Of a stretch of 64,000 nt of DNA, positions 1 to 14,176 are shown piece by piece; position 1 is the first letter of the stretch, and each line of letters begins with the position of its first letter. The notes under the pieces were generated by a model. That model worked only from the letters and a program-made list of their open reading frames with translations. It was not told the DNA's origin and searched no databases. Position numbers and translations under genes: made by a program. Origin of the DNA: Auanema rhodensis (Eukaryota > Animalia > Nematoda); the NCBI GenBank assembly GCA_964057225.1, contig OZ059896.1:11408001-11472000 (forward strand), read 5' to 3'.

Positions 1-711
1 CTAGATGAATCTTCATAGCGCTTGGCTCCAATTCGTAAGACCTTATGAATTTTTGAGTTTTCGACGGTAAGTGCTGATATCTGAAAGATAGCATACAGAT
101 TCTTAATAATACACTATTACCTTTTGATTTTGCCATAAATACAATGAATCTCCTTTTATCCTGGCTCGTTGAAAAGTGTCATTAACTCGAGAACTAACAA
201 ATGAGACAATAGGAACCTTGAAAAAGTATATTGTATAGATTCACAGACCCAATCGTACATGATACTCGGAACAATACTTATCTAATATTTGTCTGCTCCA
301 TTTACCCATATTTAGGTATTTGTAGTAGTTTTCAATAATTATTATAGAATAACTTCCCCTTGACATGCTTGCAAGTGTTGGAATATTATTAGAAAATACT
401 CCAATTTTATAATCTAGCCGCTTAGCACTTAGAAGCTGTGCAATTAGCTTTCCATTGCGAGAGGAAGAACTCTCAAGCAATAACAATGCACGGTTTTCGG
501 TCAAATTATTAACCACAGGAGGGTTGAGCAAGTAAGTATTTCTTGTTACAAAAGGACAAACATAGGGTGGGATTTCATTAGGTGGACCCCTTTTAGTAGA
601 AATATCAGAATATACATTTAAAAAGGTACATGAAATAAAAAAAAGTATAAATAAAATTATAAAAAATGATTTGAAGAGCTTGACATAGCGTCGATTAAGA
701 TAAGGGAGCAT
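1..711 (-). CDS. NDST: Heparan sulfate N-deacetylase/N-sulfotransferase, 5' part (spliced; continues off the left edge)
   Basis: N-terminal TM anchor followed by IIIIENYYKYLNMGKWSRQILDKYCSEYH|VPIVSF, typical of the NDST N-terminal region. Exons about 711-259, 216-122 and 81-1 with GT-AG introns. Confidence 0.85.
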
Positions 712-798
712 GGAGTTTTGATAGAGCAAGTCATTCAAAACTCTATAACCGAACAATCAGTGCATTTTATTCTGAAATCACAGAAGTAATATAAATAA

Positions 799-835
799 AT
801 ATATATATCAATATATATATATATATATATATATA
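799..835. repeat. (TA)n microsatellite
   Basis: Interrupted atatat run upstream of NDST. Confidence 0.8.
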
Positions 836-1643
836 GCAAATTTAAAAAAGAGGTGTATCTAAAAGAAACGCTATAAACGAGATATTTTTGTGACCACGGC
901 CAAGTCAAAGACGCTATAAATAGGTTTGCCGTTGACATAAAAATCGGAGTTGTCAATTTAGTTACAATTGTCCCAATGCGAGCGTCGTTGAGTAACCGTT
1001 ATTCCTAACATTCATACAAATGCGAATTCTCTCAGTGCATAAAATACAAACCCAACAGTAAACAACTAAATGCAAATCAACATTGAATCCACTAATTTTT
1101 GATTTCTATAAACTATAAAAGTTATCAGCATTAAAACGAATGGAGCTACAAGCAACGGTTTTATTTTACTTACTATTAAACAATGTATGTATGAACTGTA
1201 GTACGAGTAAGCATAATAATGTATCAGTTATTAAAAATTCTCTCAAGATATTTTGTTTGTAATCCAATATTTATTCGTTTCATGTTGCAATTATGATTAC
1301 GATATCTTATATTTAAATTGAATATTAGCTGAAAGGAAAGAAAATATGTCACCGAAAATATAGATGAAATGAATTGGGAGGTAGAACCTTTATTGATATA
1401 TTATTCCTATTGTATTATATTTGGTACTCCTTTTTAATATCAAGAAAACATCGCATAATTAAGAATATTTTGAATCAATGAAATATCCTCGCGGTTTCTA
1501 AATAATTAGATGCACAAGGAAATCATGAGAAAGAAATATATCGAATTAGCATAAGAAAAAGGTAAGGAAGTTATAAGCAAACGACAATAGCTTGATTATC
1601 CATATTTATTGAACATATGGAAAACAATGATTGGAATGACTGT

Positions 1644-1925
1644 TTATCCAAAAGCAGGACCAATGCTATAATGGAGCACAATATTTGTTTCAGTACCATC
1701 TACACCGAAACAGTTGAACAATGTTTCAAAAGTATGGTCAGGAGATGGTGCGAAATTTTGTGATATATAAAAGAAAAGTGTCTGATCATCAGGTAGGCTA
1801 ATCATCTTACGAATAACAGTTGAAAACCATGCCATAGTTTGCGTTTTTCCAACATTAAACTTTTTTGTTTTTAAAATAGGAGCATCGCCAACTACTAATA
1901 ATAAGACAGAAATTTTATCCGACAT
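1644..1925 (-). CDS. ATG12: Autophagy ubiquitin-like protein ATG12 (lgg-3-like)
   Basis: VGDAPILK...LFFYISQNFAPSPD...C-terminal PAFG. Single coding exon with an acceptor-like tattatag just upstream of the ATG. Confidence 0.9.
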   Translation of the reverse strand: MSDKISVLLLVVGDAPILKTKKFNVGKTQTMAWFSTVIRKMISLPDDQTLFFYISQNFAPSPDHTFETLFNCFGVDGTETNIVLHYSIGPAFG

Positions 1926-2667
1926 ATTATAATTATCTATAATAAACATTGTTACATCCGAGCAATATTATGTAAATACCTTTATTTAATTAAAAAGGGC
2001 AGGAAGAGCAAAATAGAAGAATCCGATGAATATTCCAACTAACACAACACCGAATGAGTTGAATAGTTTTCTCTCCCAAGGCTCTAGCATATAGAGACCA
2101 GTAATTAGAAGGTATTGAAGATAATACCAACGAAAACCTTCTACCTTAACAAAAAATATATTTGACTAGAAAGATAGGTAAGAAGTATACCTTTTTTATA
2201 TTTGATATAGGTACAAAATTGTCCGATGAACAGTCGACCATACCACACGATGATGCAGCCCCGATAGCAATAGTAGTGATATTAGCAGACCTGTTCTGAT
2301 AAGAAATTCAATACAACATAATTCTACACAAAAATCAATTTTCTTGCACATCTTACTATCGTTATTAAATGAACCAAATTATTATCTTATTCAAAAAAGT
2401 AAGTAAACATTTTAAACATTGAAAACAGCTGCTTTCATAATGCAATGCAGTCTTCACAACTATGACATCGGCAGGGAAGCAGAGTATAACATACTGGCAT
2501 GATTCTCGTGCCCTGCATTCTCTTACTCTCACTCTTATACCTTGAATCATGAGTGGTTCATGACATTTTTTTAGTATTTACTTCAAATGAAATTTTTTCC
2601 ATTATTAAATGTTTGTGATATTGTTATTACATATATGTGTATATATTAATTGATATTCCATAGGATT

Positions 2668-4385
2668 ATGGCTAAAGGGAGAAATAAAAATAAGGAAAAG
2701 GACTCGTATCCTTCAAATCGAAAAAAGAAAGCTGATGGTTTTCATTATTTTTTTAGTTCTTTGAAATGTACATTACTTTAAGACGAAGAAGAATATGAAA
2801 GTGACGCTTCTGCTTCTACCCATTTGAGCATCGATGGCGATATGAGAAGTGTACAAGGTAAGCTATGAGGTATTTTTATAATTTGTAAATTTTATATCCA
2901 ACCTAGGGGATTATTTGGAAGATGATGACACTATGCTCGAAACATTAACAGAGCATATCGACCATGCTTCTCACAAAAAGTAGAACATAGTTTCGATTTT
3001 TAGTTTAATCTTTTTTTAGTAATTCAATTCGCCTTGCTGCCATACGTCACTTGATTGCGAATTTTTCAAAATTTTATCTGCCTGATTTTTTATTGAAATG
3101 GAAAGTTACATTGCTCGATATTGTTTTAAAGGGTATCAAGAAAACAGACGAAGAATGTGCACTTGCTTGTGCCCTATTGGCTCATATATCCATTCAAATT
3201 GGTTAGTTATTTTTTCTACAACTATGAATATGAAATTAATCAATAGGTGAAAATATAAGTGATCTTGCTGAAGAATCATTGGTCCTGCTAAGAGCTATTG
3301 TGATCGATGAAACAAAGTCAGATTCATTGCGTTCGAAAATTTGTTTAAGCCTGGCTTTAACTAGTAGTTTATCATGTACAGATGACTCGTCTTTCAAAGA
3401 AAGCATTAAAGTAATTAGCCCCTTTATTCCTTAAACTTATATGTTTATTATAGTCACTGAGATGCTGTTGGTCAGCAGTCAAAATTAATTCTCAATGCAC
3501 AACTCTATTCACAATAGCACTTCCTTGCTGGGCTTTACTGTTACAAGTAATTTTCTAAACTACAAATAGAGTGAACTTTCGAATTTAGGATGCTGATCAT
3601 GTAGCCATGAACTCAGCTGTTGCAGATTACTCTAAGATTACTTCTTACTTAGATGCTTCCCAGATTGAAAATCGCATAGCAGCCGGTGAAACCATTACAC
3701 TCATTTATGAATTAATGAGAGATTATTCTAACTCTAACTTTCGATTTCCAAATCATGCTCAAATGATTGAGGTATATTATAAATAAAATTAATTTGAATT
3801 AATTCTTACGAAAATTATTTCTTGTTAGGTTTTAATCTCTTCTGAATATAAAAAAAATAATTTTATAGACTTTGAATCGCCATGCTTCCGAGTCTTCGAA
3901 AATAAAAAGCAAAAAAGATCGTAGAATCCAACGTTATTCTTTCAGGTGGGATATTTTTTTCTGAAATTGATCACTAAGTTATTTCAGGCAAATTTATGCT
4001 TACATTATCAACGAAGAAATACCTGATATTATAATAAAATTTAACAAGGAAAGCTTGGTACTTGACACGTGCCAGAAGAAAATATTCTATGACTTATGTT
4101 GTGAGGTAAAATTATGATATCAAAGATTCAAATATAAATAATAACGTACAGCTATTGCATGGTGGAGTGATGCACCAGCTTGAGTCGAATCTTCTATTGC
4201 GCGAAGTTTTCGAACTAGGACCACTGCCAGAGAAAATTGAGAAAGTTGATAAATTTTCAAGAGTTGGATTATTTTTAATACGCTTTATATTTATTTGGTT
4301 GCAGATAGCTTTTCACGATGCCAATACTAAAAGTAGAAATCAGGCCCGTGGTAAGCAAAGAGATAAAAGATATGCTGTGTTCTAA
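2668..4385 (+). CDS. IFRD1: Interferon-related developmental regulator (IFRD1/2 family), multi-exon
   Basis: Basic N-terminus MAKGRNKNK; SKKDRRIQRYSFR; LLREVFELGP; C-terminal TKSRNQARGKQRDKR. Confidence 0.8.
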
Positions 4386-4526
4386 ATTGCTGAAAAGAAT
4401 TTACTTCCAAGAAAAACTTTTGATCCAAACGAGGATTCAGATTGTCAAACAGAATAATAAAATTTATAGACCAAACGATTTAAATAGTTTTAACAAATCA
4501 ACAAATCAACAAAAACAAGTGCTTGT

Positions 4527-5917
4527 TCAAAAATCCAAACCTTGAGATGACGTCTCACAAGAGCAGCTTCCTGCACAACCCTGCTTATCGCTAGCTATCA
4601 CCTTTCTCTTCGTCTGTAACTCGTGATATTTATAAACTATCACAATGTGCTTTAAAATCACCTTCCTTGTCCCCAATCCAGTGTCCCCCGTATTCAATCC
4701 CTCTAAGAGCAAACATGCTTTACATAATTTTTGACTCGTCATATAATTACATCTGAGCATTAATATAAATTAAATCAAACATTGACAAATTCTGCTACCT
4801 TTCACATTGCATCATAGTTGGCATAGTAATTTCTTTGCGGATGGTTAAAGCCTCTCCAGAACGTATGAGATCTAAAATAGCCCTGGGGTACAATCTTTCC
4901 AAATTTTTCACGAAACCCCTGAAGAAAACAATAAGAATATTTAAATAGAGCATGGACCTACCTAGCATATCCCCTATAAGCATTTGGTGCATAAATGCAC
5001 TCGGTATAAAAATAATCTAATTTGTTTATCCTAGCATACATAACGATATCCTTTTCGAAACAGTACTGAAAAAAGAATATATGTATTTATTAATTTAAAA
5101 ACATTTAAACCTTAAGAGGTTTGGCCCTAGGTAAAGGAGAATCTTCCCCAGTACATATATTCGTACACCGTTCCAATCTTGCTATGTCTCCTCTTAGAAT
5201 ATTCATCAAAACAGTTTCTGCCATATCATCAGCATTGTGCCCAGTAACAATCTTGGAAGCGCCTACTGCATATGCCCCTCTAAAGCGTGCAAATAAATAA
5301 AGAGCACAATTCACTTCAAAAACCTATCCAAAGCCTGTCTACGAAATACCCCACAGAATGTACAATTATTTTTATTACCAATTTTTGCTACAATATCGTC
5401 CATTGTCCAGCCGTAAAGATCCTTATAACTTAGAATCGTTAAGGGAATTCCGTACTCGATCTTATTTCTCTCAACCGCCTTAAATAAATAGTTTTAAAGC
5501 AATATATTAATCCATACCTGCAAGGAATCATCACGGTAACCTTTTATACCTTCATCAATTGATAACAATACCAAATCTAGCTCGTAAGAATGCCTATCAT
5601 TTAATACCTGTCAGTTATAAAATATATAAATTTCAAAAACTTCATAAAACCTTTAATACATAAGCTAATACTGTCGAGTCTTTTCCTCCCGATGCACCGA
5701 TTGCAACACGTTCTCCAGAACGAAACAGATTGGTAGAAACGATTGTTTGGTGGACATCCTGATAAATTTTAAAAACTAAGATCATAGTTTAGAACTAAAC
5801 AATTCCTACATCTTCAAACCGTTCTGTGAAACATCTATTGCACACAGGCATTTCATCTTTTGCTCTTTTAACTAATGCCTTAGCTGCACATCCATCCGTA
5901 GAACAAGCGATGTGCAT
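4527..5917 (-). CDS. CTU1: Cytoplasmic tRNA 2-thiolation protein 1, multi-exon
   Basis: PP-loop [45 protein letters not shown], and a C-terminal CERC/CKAC zinc site. Confidence 0.93.
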
Positions 5918-6762
5918 TTGTCTAAAAAGCTTTAATAACTAATTTTGTTTCTGAAATAAATCAGTAAGAATGAAAATATACGAGAATAAAACTGAGTTTG
6001 TTGAACACCACGATATATGTGAATAGATTTACTTTAAGAACTAATCATAAAAATAAATGCTTAGTTATCTCATGATCGAACACGCAAACACGTTTACATG
6101 ATTGTATATTCTAAAATCTGGTACTATCAACACATGCAAGGTTTTGATATTTAATAAGTATGGAAATTAACCCAGCGTGAATCGAAATAAAACTTTCATT
6201 GAATATACAGATAGAGAGTGCGAGCTCTTTTTATAATAAGTTAATATGAACATTATTAGAACATCAGTTTGTCTAAGTTGTGGCACTACACTAGCACTAT
6301 TTTTAGCATCAGACCAACCAGTAAAAATATAAAAACTTTCAATCCACATCTAACCACATTTCCTAGTTGTATTTACATAGAATGAAGTACAACTGAGATG
6401 TGCCTCCCAATTGTATGGGAAAAAAGAAACTTATTGCAATATATAGACAAGAGCACGATTTTGTTCTAGTAGCCCAAAATCGTTTCACTAATGGTGTAAA
6501 GGTTGAGCATGACATGAATAGAGAAGGAAATATCAGCCAAATATACTAAGTTAAGCTAATATTTTAGCTTGTTATTAGAAAATATAGAATACCAGAATAT
6601 TAAGGCAAAACCACAGAGAACATGAATAAAAATACAAGATAGACGGAATATATAGTGGAATAACTAGACAGGATATAGCAGGAAGTCCTTGAAAGAATAT
6701 TACGCCAAGCTGCACAATATTTAAATTTGACAGTGAATTAATATACGTCATTACATGAGGCG

Positions 6763-8866
6763 TTAGCGGGGAGAAGAAGTTTCAGAAGGAGCTTTCATCC
6801 CAAGCACGAATAGTAGATAAGGAGATCCTTCATTTAACAGTTTAACTTGAGGCGAAAAGTGGGATAATAGTCGAGTGGCCATTTCACAGTGAGGAAAAAT
6901 ATACAGAATTCCGTCTGGGACAGATACAACTCCTTAATTTAATCATCTTAGCAAGTCTACAACAATATACTAACCAGCAGCATCCTTCTCGGTGAGATAA
7001 CGCACAAGAGGTCTCACCTCTTCAGATTGCTTTCCTATAGCTATCATTATAGAGATTTGTTTGGAAGAAGTACTTGTTAGTCTCTCTAATAATGCGTCCT
7101 GACTAGCTAGAGCTAATCTGCAAACAAAACAATTATTTGAATAGTAGAACAAGGTAACTACCTCTGTGTAACATGCAACTTCATAGCATTACCATCTTCA
7201 TCGCGTAATAATTTTTGTAACAACTTTTCCGCACCGGCAATTCTATACAATCGCACATTGTATTCAGCTTTTTTTAATAACACCTATACTCAAGTATAAA
7301 ATAAAATTCTATTTTAAACGTATTATTAAACCTGTCCCTGCCAAGTTGTCGCGTAATCTTCATCTAAATCTTCAAAAGACTTCACTACGGGCTTCGGTGA
7401 GCCAGGGGGTGTGCGAGGCCCACTAGGACCAGGTGGCGATTTTGTTGCTCTTCGTTTACGAGCAAATACAGAACCAACAACACCCTCTTTGGGAGCATCA
7501 TCTCTGAACAAAGTTATAAAAAAAAAAAATTCATAAAACCCACTTTGCAAAATCTACCATTATACAACGATCTCGCCCACCCAAGGGGAAATTTTTCATT
7601 GCGCGACAAGCATCTTGAGCGGAGCCAATACCGGCAAAACGAATATACGCCATATCGGCCCCTTCCTATATAGGATTTTTGAAAAGTCTTATTATTAAAA
7701 GTTAACCTCATAATCAATCTTTTCTATAAGTCCATATCGATCGAATTCCTTTGTGAGCATCTCGGTAGTAGCCCAAGGGCCAAGACTTCCAACCCATAAT
7801 CTTCTTGATACCTTCAAAAATACCTTGTGCGGTTATGCAATGAGTTTTTACCTGGCTTTTGCCATAACCAATTTTACACCGAGCGCAACCGTGACGGATT
7901 GGGCGATCATGCTCACCGTGCTTAGCATCCATAGCTTGCTCGAGGCTCTGCAAAAAAAAATAATAAAGAAAATAGAAAACAATGAGAAAAACCTGAAACA
8001 TGACAAACGAATAAGCTGCATCGGTGTTAGCTGGAGTTTTTATATCAATATCTTCAATTTTTCCGTAGCGAGAAAATACCTGAAAATATATTGATAAAGG
8101 TTTAGGTAAACTAAGTTTAGCCTCTCACTTTACGTATTTCGTGTTCTGTAATATCAGCAGGCATATTACCAACAAACAATGTCCTAGTAGCATCAGAATC
8201 GTCCTCTTTCAATCTCCAAGTAGGAGGTTCTTTAGGTCGATTACTGCTTCGCCTATCAGGTGATCTTCTACTATTTCCATTACGATCGTTCTGTAATAAA
8301 AAAAATAAATTTTTAGGATAGGATTTAAAACCTGAAGTGCTCTGTTGAACCTATCTGGAATATATTTTCCTTCTTGATCACGCAAGATTCCTGCAGGGTC
8401 ACATAAAACATGTTTGCCCAGGGTTTTCTTCAGTCTGTCCATCAGGTGATATCTGTTTATAAAAATATTTATATAAATAATGAATGGAAAAAACACCTTA
8501 TTTTTCGGGCACATTCACGTTTTTCAAAATTAACATATGCCAATCTTTCATCATCTCCCGGGTTTCGTACAACTTTGATCTAATTTGGGAACACTATTAT
8601 ATGAGAATAAAAATAACGAACTTCAAATGGGAAAAATTTCCTGAATTCATTTGTAAGGATTTCTTTTATTTCATCTCTTTCTAGCCGATCATCAAACCCA
8701 GATATACGCAAGTTCATGTACTCTTCAGGAGAATGACTTCCAAAGCGCTCTCTAAATATAAACATTAGTTATAAAACGATTCGATAAACCACTTATAGAA
8801 TGAAGAAAGATCATTCGAGCTCCTCACTGTACTTCTACCTCGTTCTTCATCATCTCTTCGGCTCAT
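6763..8866 (-). CDS. RBM15: Spen-family RRM + SPOC protein (RBM15/spenito-like), multi-exon
   Basis: DATRTLFVGNMP RRM; WVGSLGPWAT..LTKEFDRYG RRM; C-terminal SPOC-like segment (TWQG..., LHVTQRL, LVRYLTEKDAAG). Confidence 0.8.
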
Positions 8867-9599
8867 TTCTATAATAGAGTTGGGAACAAGCAGTACAATA
8901 TAATACAGGAGTAAACAGTTCAATATCAAATACAAATGACCATTATTAGTTTATAAATGCCAATCCGAAACGAAAGAATAAGCTATAATGTTTATATTGA
9001 ATATGAATACTGAAATGCTAACTGTTGAGTCTACATCCAAAAAATTGATTATTGGCTTTGAATTATGAATAACCAGTAATGATACAAAATCAAAAGAAAT
9101 GCTTTCAAAACCAAACAAACATATTGTCATCTTATTCAAATTTAGCTGTATACAATAAATATTGTGAAAATTAAAATTAGTATATTTATTATGTTATAGA
9201 TAAAATTGAAAATTTTCATATACCTTTGATAAATAGCTACCCTAGCCGTTGCGCGCGCGTAAGCGACGCGGTTTCTTCATAAAGCACCCTTATACATCAA
9301 ACGTATCCGTGAGCTAATAGTAAGATTGCCATTAATAGCGAAGAAAGATTTTTATTACTTATTTTATCTATAAATACAATGAACTTCAACATAATAACAG
9401 AGGAGACAACGAAAATAGCTTAAATATAAAAATGTTTTTATACTTGTTTTTAAGCTATTCTATTTTGAATAAAAAACCACTAAATACATAAAAAATAATT
9501 TAAATTCAGACTTTCAAATTCACGTGATTTCATTTAATATAAAAACGTGAATTCAACTGGTCGTTAAGTTTACGTTCCGTCTAATAAGTTCGGGGTGCA

Positions 9600-10835
9600 A
9601 TGGTAGAAGGAGGAGTAAAGTTAGATGTTGATGATCTAATTTGCAAACTTTTGAATGTTGGAACGCCAGGAAATGCTCTTGTTGCTACTGTCCGTGAAGA
9701 AACACTATTAAATCTGTGCCAACTGGCAAAGTAATAACTTGACAGAACTTTTGTATATAATTGAAAAAATATAGAGTTGTGTTTGCTTCTCAACCAAATG
9801 TTGTGGAAATTAGCCCTCCAGTTAAAATTTGTGGCGATATTCATGGTCAATACAGCGGTACCAAGGCTTCAGATTCGGTCATTAGTTTCTTTTCAGATCT
9901 TTTAAGATTGTTCTATCAGGGTAGCTTCCCCCCTGTTGTTAACTATATGTTTCTCGGAGATTATGTGGATAGAGGGCATCAAAACCTTGAAGTTATATCT
10001 TTACTTCTTTGTTATAAAGTGAGAAAGAACACTACTACATTATTTACTTTTCCTTAAGGTAAAATATCCGAAAAATGTTTTTCTTCTACGTGGGAATCAC
10101 GAGTGCCCATCAATTAATAGAGTGTATGGTTTTTTTGAGGAATGCTCACGTCGATACGGCAGTTCTAAGATTTGGTTAGCTTTCCAGGTAGTAATGCTCT
10201 AAAGAAAAAATAGGAACGCATGAAAGTACACACACATCTTAGGGTGTTTTCGGAATGATGCCACTTTGTGGACTCATAAGTGGCAAAATATTATGTATGC
10301 ATGGAGGAATTTCGCCTGTCTTAGAGAGTATAGATCAATTAAAATTGCTCCATAGATCATTAGACCCTCCTAATCCATCGTTACAGCTGGATTTACTATG
10401 GTCCGATCCGGATAATACAATTTCTGTACGTGTCTATATAACGTAAAATACAGTCAATATTCTCAGGGTTGGGCCTCTAGTACCAGAGGTGTATCATACA
10501 CATTCGGTGCTGATGTTCTCGCGTCTTTGATGAATGAACTTGGAATTGATTTAATAGCAAGAGCACACCAGGTAATACTGTTTTTATTTTAATTAAAACT
10601 GTTATTAGGTTGTCCAAGATGGATATGAATTTTTTGGAAACAAACGGATGGTCACTATTTTTTCAGCTCCTCATTATTGCGGTCAATTTGATAATGCTGC
10701 AGCTATCATGAATGTAGATGAGAGCTTGTTATGCTCATTTCAGGTTCAGTTCAACATTTTAAAGCTGAAAAAATACTGGCTTTTCAGATTTTAAGACCTT
10801 TAATGAAAAAGGTGGTTATTTCGAATGATATGTAA
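9600..10835 (+). CDS. PP1-type Ser/Thr phosphatase, nematode gsp-3/gsp-4-like
   Basis: [43 protein letters not shown] and [11 protein letters not shown] motifs. N-terminus [13 protein letters not shown] resembles GSP-3/4. Confidence 0.9.
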
Positions 10836-11012
10836 ATATTATACATGCCTTGTTCATATATTCAGCATTGTTTTGTAAAATAAGTTTCAAATCAGTAAGT
10901 AAATAGAGAAGTTATCTTGAGTATTTTTATTTTCAAGTATTTAAATACACCTAACTATAATCAGACAAGGTAAATTTTGAAAATATGAAATAAGCATTTG
11001 TTGAATTAAAAG

Positions 11013-12660
11013 TCACCAGTAAATAAACCTGAAAAAATAGAAGTAATCTAAACACTCCAGATTATCTTACTTTTCTTGTCGAGAGTTTCGATAGCAACTC
11101 GATTTTAAAATGTTGCCGGAGTCATCTTCTATGTCAATATATGTATGCGATTTCGGAGGATGTTTATGAGCTGTTCTGGTTAAATCAACACGGCCCCACA
11201 ATAAAGAACTATTTTCAGGTTTCGTATCACATTTGCTATACTTCCAATATATGTCTTCTTCAAATATGGCTAAAAATGAACTCTTACAATTTAATATAAA
11301 TAATATTTTCTGTTTGAAAACATACGCGGATTGTCTAGCTGTAAATTGTGAATAATTGTGAAAGATATTACTAAATTTCTATCCAGAATGTAATTTAATT
11401 CAATATCATCATCGTCCAAGCCGAACGGCCTCATTAAATCTTGTCCGACCTGTAATATTTCATATATCAATAGTATTTCAGTCAAAATAACTGCAATATA
11501 TACTTTAAACCATCCCACGAAAAAAAGAAACTGGACAATAGTAAATACTGGAATACAAAAATCGATTCCGTTATCATCATCTAAAAACTGTCGGCCAAAT
11601 AAGCAGAAAAAAAAGAAAGAATATGTTGCCAATGCTGCTACCTAAATTGAAGAGCCATAATTTATATTTTTCAATTGCTTACTTGTGTATATACCAAGGG
11701 TAAACAAACCCAATCATGGCTAAACAACCGACGAAGAGAAACTCTATAGTTTTTCAATTCATTAGATACAGTTGATAAATACTGAACCTGAGCTCTTCCA
11801 GCGTTTACCTTAAACCTCTTTCATTCTGATAACTAATTGAAAAGGTAAAATGAAATCAATACAATGTAATATTCATTAAATGTGTTTAAATACCTCCCCA
11901 GCAACAATTTGCTGAACCCAATGCAACGGAGTTAACCAAAGCACGCCGGGTGAACTCTCCTAAAACATAAGTAGTATAAGTACAGCTTTCTAAATTTGTT
12001 CACAACTTTTAAGAATTCTAGAGACTTCAATTCTGCTTGAGTTAGCAGTCCAGCATCTATAATGTAAGACAATTCAGGAAAACGAAGCTTTACTTTGCTC
12101 GATATATCTCTCCTTAATTTCAGCATTTCTTGGAATATTTATTTAGTTTTACCATGCAAGAGTTGCCGAAAGATTGAGGTACCGAGCGATTTGATGTCGA
12201 GCTTGACATGAAAGCGAATCCTTGAACGGTAAAGCCATACATACACTAGAAATTAAATCTTCTGGCCAAGCAAGACATTCGAACTGTCTCCACCATCTGT
12301 TTAAGCTTAATTAAAAAGTAATTAACGTAATTGATAACCTCGAAACCACATTAGAGACATAGAATCCTAACAGGAATGTCAAAGGAATCATTTTAGTATA
12401 TTCATTAAACTCTTTGGCTATTGTGTTGAATGTCTTTCTGAAATCGCATCCAATAAATACTTTCAGACTATTTAATATGTTTACTTATATAATTTCCTAG
12501 AATAAGGATCAAAAACAGGTATTAAATCGTTGTAAATGAAACGAACAATATAGAAAATAATGAGAAAAACACAGAGCTCTCTCCAAACCGATCTCCAAAT
12601 CGATCCCTTCCATCGAAGAAAAAGACGAAACAAATTTCCGGATGAATAAGATACCGTCAT
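11013..12660 (-). CDS. Bestrophin chloride channel, multi-exon (3' end uncertain)
   Basis: [51 protein letters not shown]. Confidence 0.9.
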
Positions 12661-12940
12661 TCTGAAATAAGGAAACTCATTAATACACCTCTAGATAAAA
12701 AGAAATGATAATTAAAAATGATTCATTAAATCTGTTCGCTGTCTTAGACAAACAAAAGTTCTGTTTAATGAAAAATTGTATAAGTGGACAGCCTGAAAAA
12801 TAAATATTGTATTAAAGTTCTAAAAAAAAGATATGTTCACACAATTTTTATTGATCGTTATTTTTTACTTTTTATTTAGGCTAAGCCGTAGCATAAAATT
12901 ATTTCATAAACAAAAGTTTAAATTCATTCCCAACATGCAA

Positions 12941-13325
12941 ACTTTACTAACCACGCCCCCAAACAGTTTTCAAAAACATCCTTTAGACGCTTCAGTTGCC
13001 AAAAACATATTTTCATACTCTCAGAGCATGGATTTCTAAAAAAAAGTTTTAAAAAAAAAGTAAGTTTTTACATTTTTTAAAATTCAAAATCTTGTAAATT
13101 ATATAACTGTAATTGATTTTTAAATATTAATAAAAACTTTCCAATCCAAACATATCATTTCACATACATTATAATTATTATTGAAATTACTTAATGTTGT
13201 TTATAATTTAATTTTGTTTTACATTACATTTCAACATAAAAATTTTAAGCCTGTAATTGATTTTTGAATATCAATAAGCTTTGCAATAGTAACTCCGAGT
13301 AACTTTTCACTGTACCTTATATGGT
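12941..13325 (+). mobile_element. Relic Y: degenerate Maverick TIR fragment
   Basis: tttactaaccacgcccccaaacag core, ending in ttcactgtaccttatatggt, which resembles TIR-internal ttcaccgtacctcttatgggt. Confidence 0.6.
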
Positions 13326-13633
13326 AGTAGAAAGCTGTGCAAAATTTACTAACCATGATCCCAAACAGCTGTCAAAAACATACTTTAGAGGGGCGTCAGC
13401 TTTGAAAATCATATCTTTGGACTCATACCTGAGCTCATGGATTTCTAAAAATATTCATGATTAAAAAAAATTTTTTTTCAAAATCAAACGTGTGTATAAT
13501 TATATATAAAATCATATTTTGGGATCATGGTTCATGGATTTTCCTTTTTAAAATAAAACATCATGATTCAAAACAAGATTTTTTTAAAATTTAATTAAAT
13601 TTTAAATTTGTTTTTCAAATGTATGTATATAGT
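13326..13633 (+). mobile_element. Relic Z: Maverick TIR start (B-like), interrupted by element A
   Basis: Begins agtagaaagctgtgcaaaatttactaacc, contains the B-type ggatcatggttcatggattttcc, and ends gtatgtatatagt as in the TIR of element C. Confidence 0.75.
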
Positions 13634-14176
13634 AGTAGAGAGCTATGCCGAATTTACTAACCACGCCCCCAAACAGTTGCTAAAAACATACTTTTGAGGG
13701 CGTCAGCTGTCAAAATCATACTTTTGGGGGCGTCAGCTGTCAAAATCATATTTTCGGCGTCAGCTGTCAAAAATATACTTTTCCTCCCGAGGCAGGCTCT
13801 CGAGCCTGCGCATGGATCAAAATGCATGATTTTTTTTAAAATCATTTTTAAAATTATTTTTTTAATGTTTTTTTAAGGAATTTTTATTATTTATATATTT
13901 GTTAATTGTATTTGTAAATATTTTTTAAAATTATTTCTTTTTAAATGTATTTTTAATATTTTTATATGTTTTAAATATTATTATTTAATTATTTCTTTTT
14001 AAATGTATTTTATATATTTTTAAAATATTATTAAAATTATCTCCTTTTAAATGTATTTTTAATATTCATACATTTGAATAAACTTTTTAATATATATTGT
14101 TTTTGTCTTAATTTATAAAATTTGAATATATATAAAAGCTAATAAATATGTTCACCGTACCTCTTATGGGTTAATT

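Noticed and set aside
1644-1925. ATG12 as a retrocopy
   Set aside because: No poly(A) remnant or TSD is visible, and a short single-exon CDS is unremarkable.
9250-9271. GC-rich gcgcgcgcgt patch as a promoter element
   Set aside because: Plausible between divergent genes, but a single occurrence gives no support.
13631-13636. AGTAGT as the terminus of element A
   Set aside because: The first AGT matches the interrupted TIR (gtatgtatatagt, as in C), and all other copies begin AGTAGAG, so A starts at 13634.
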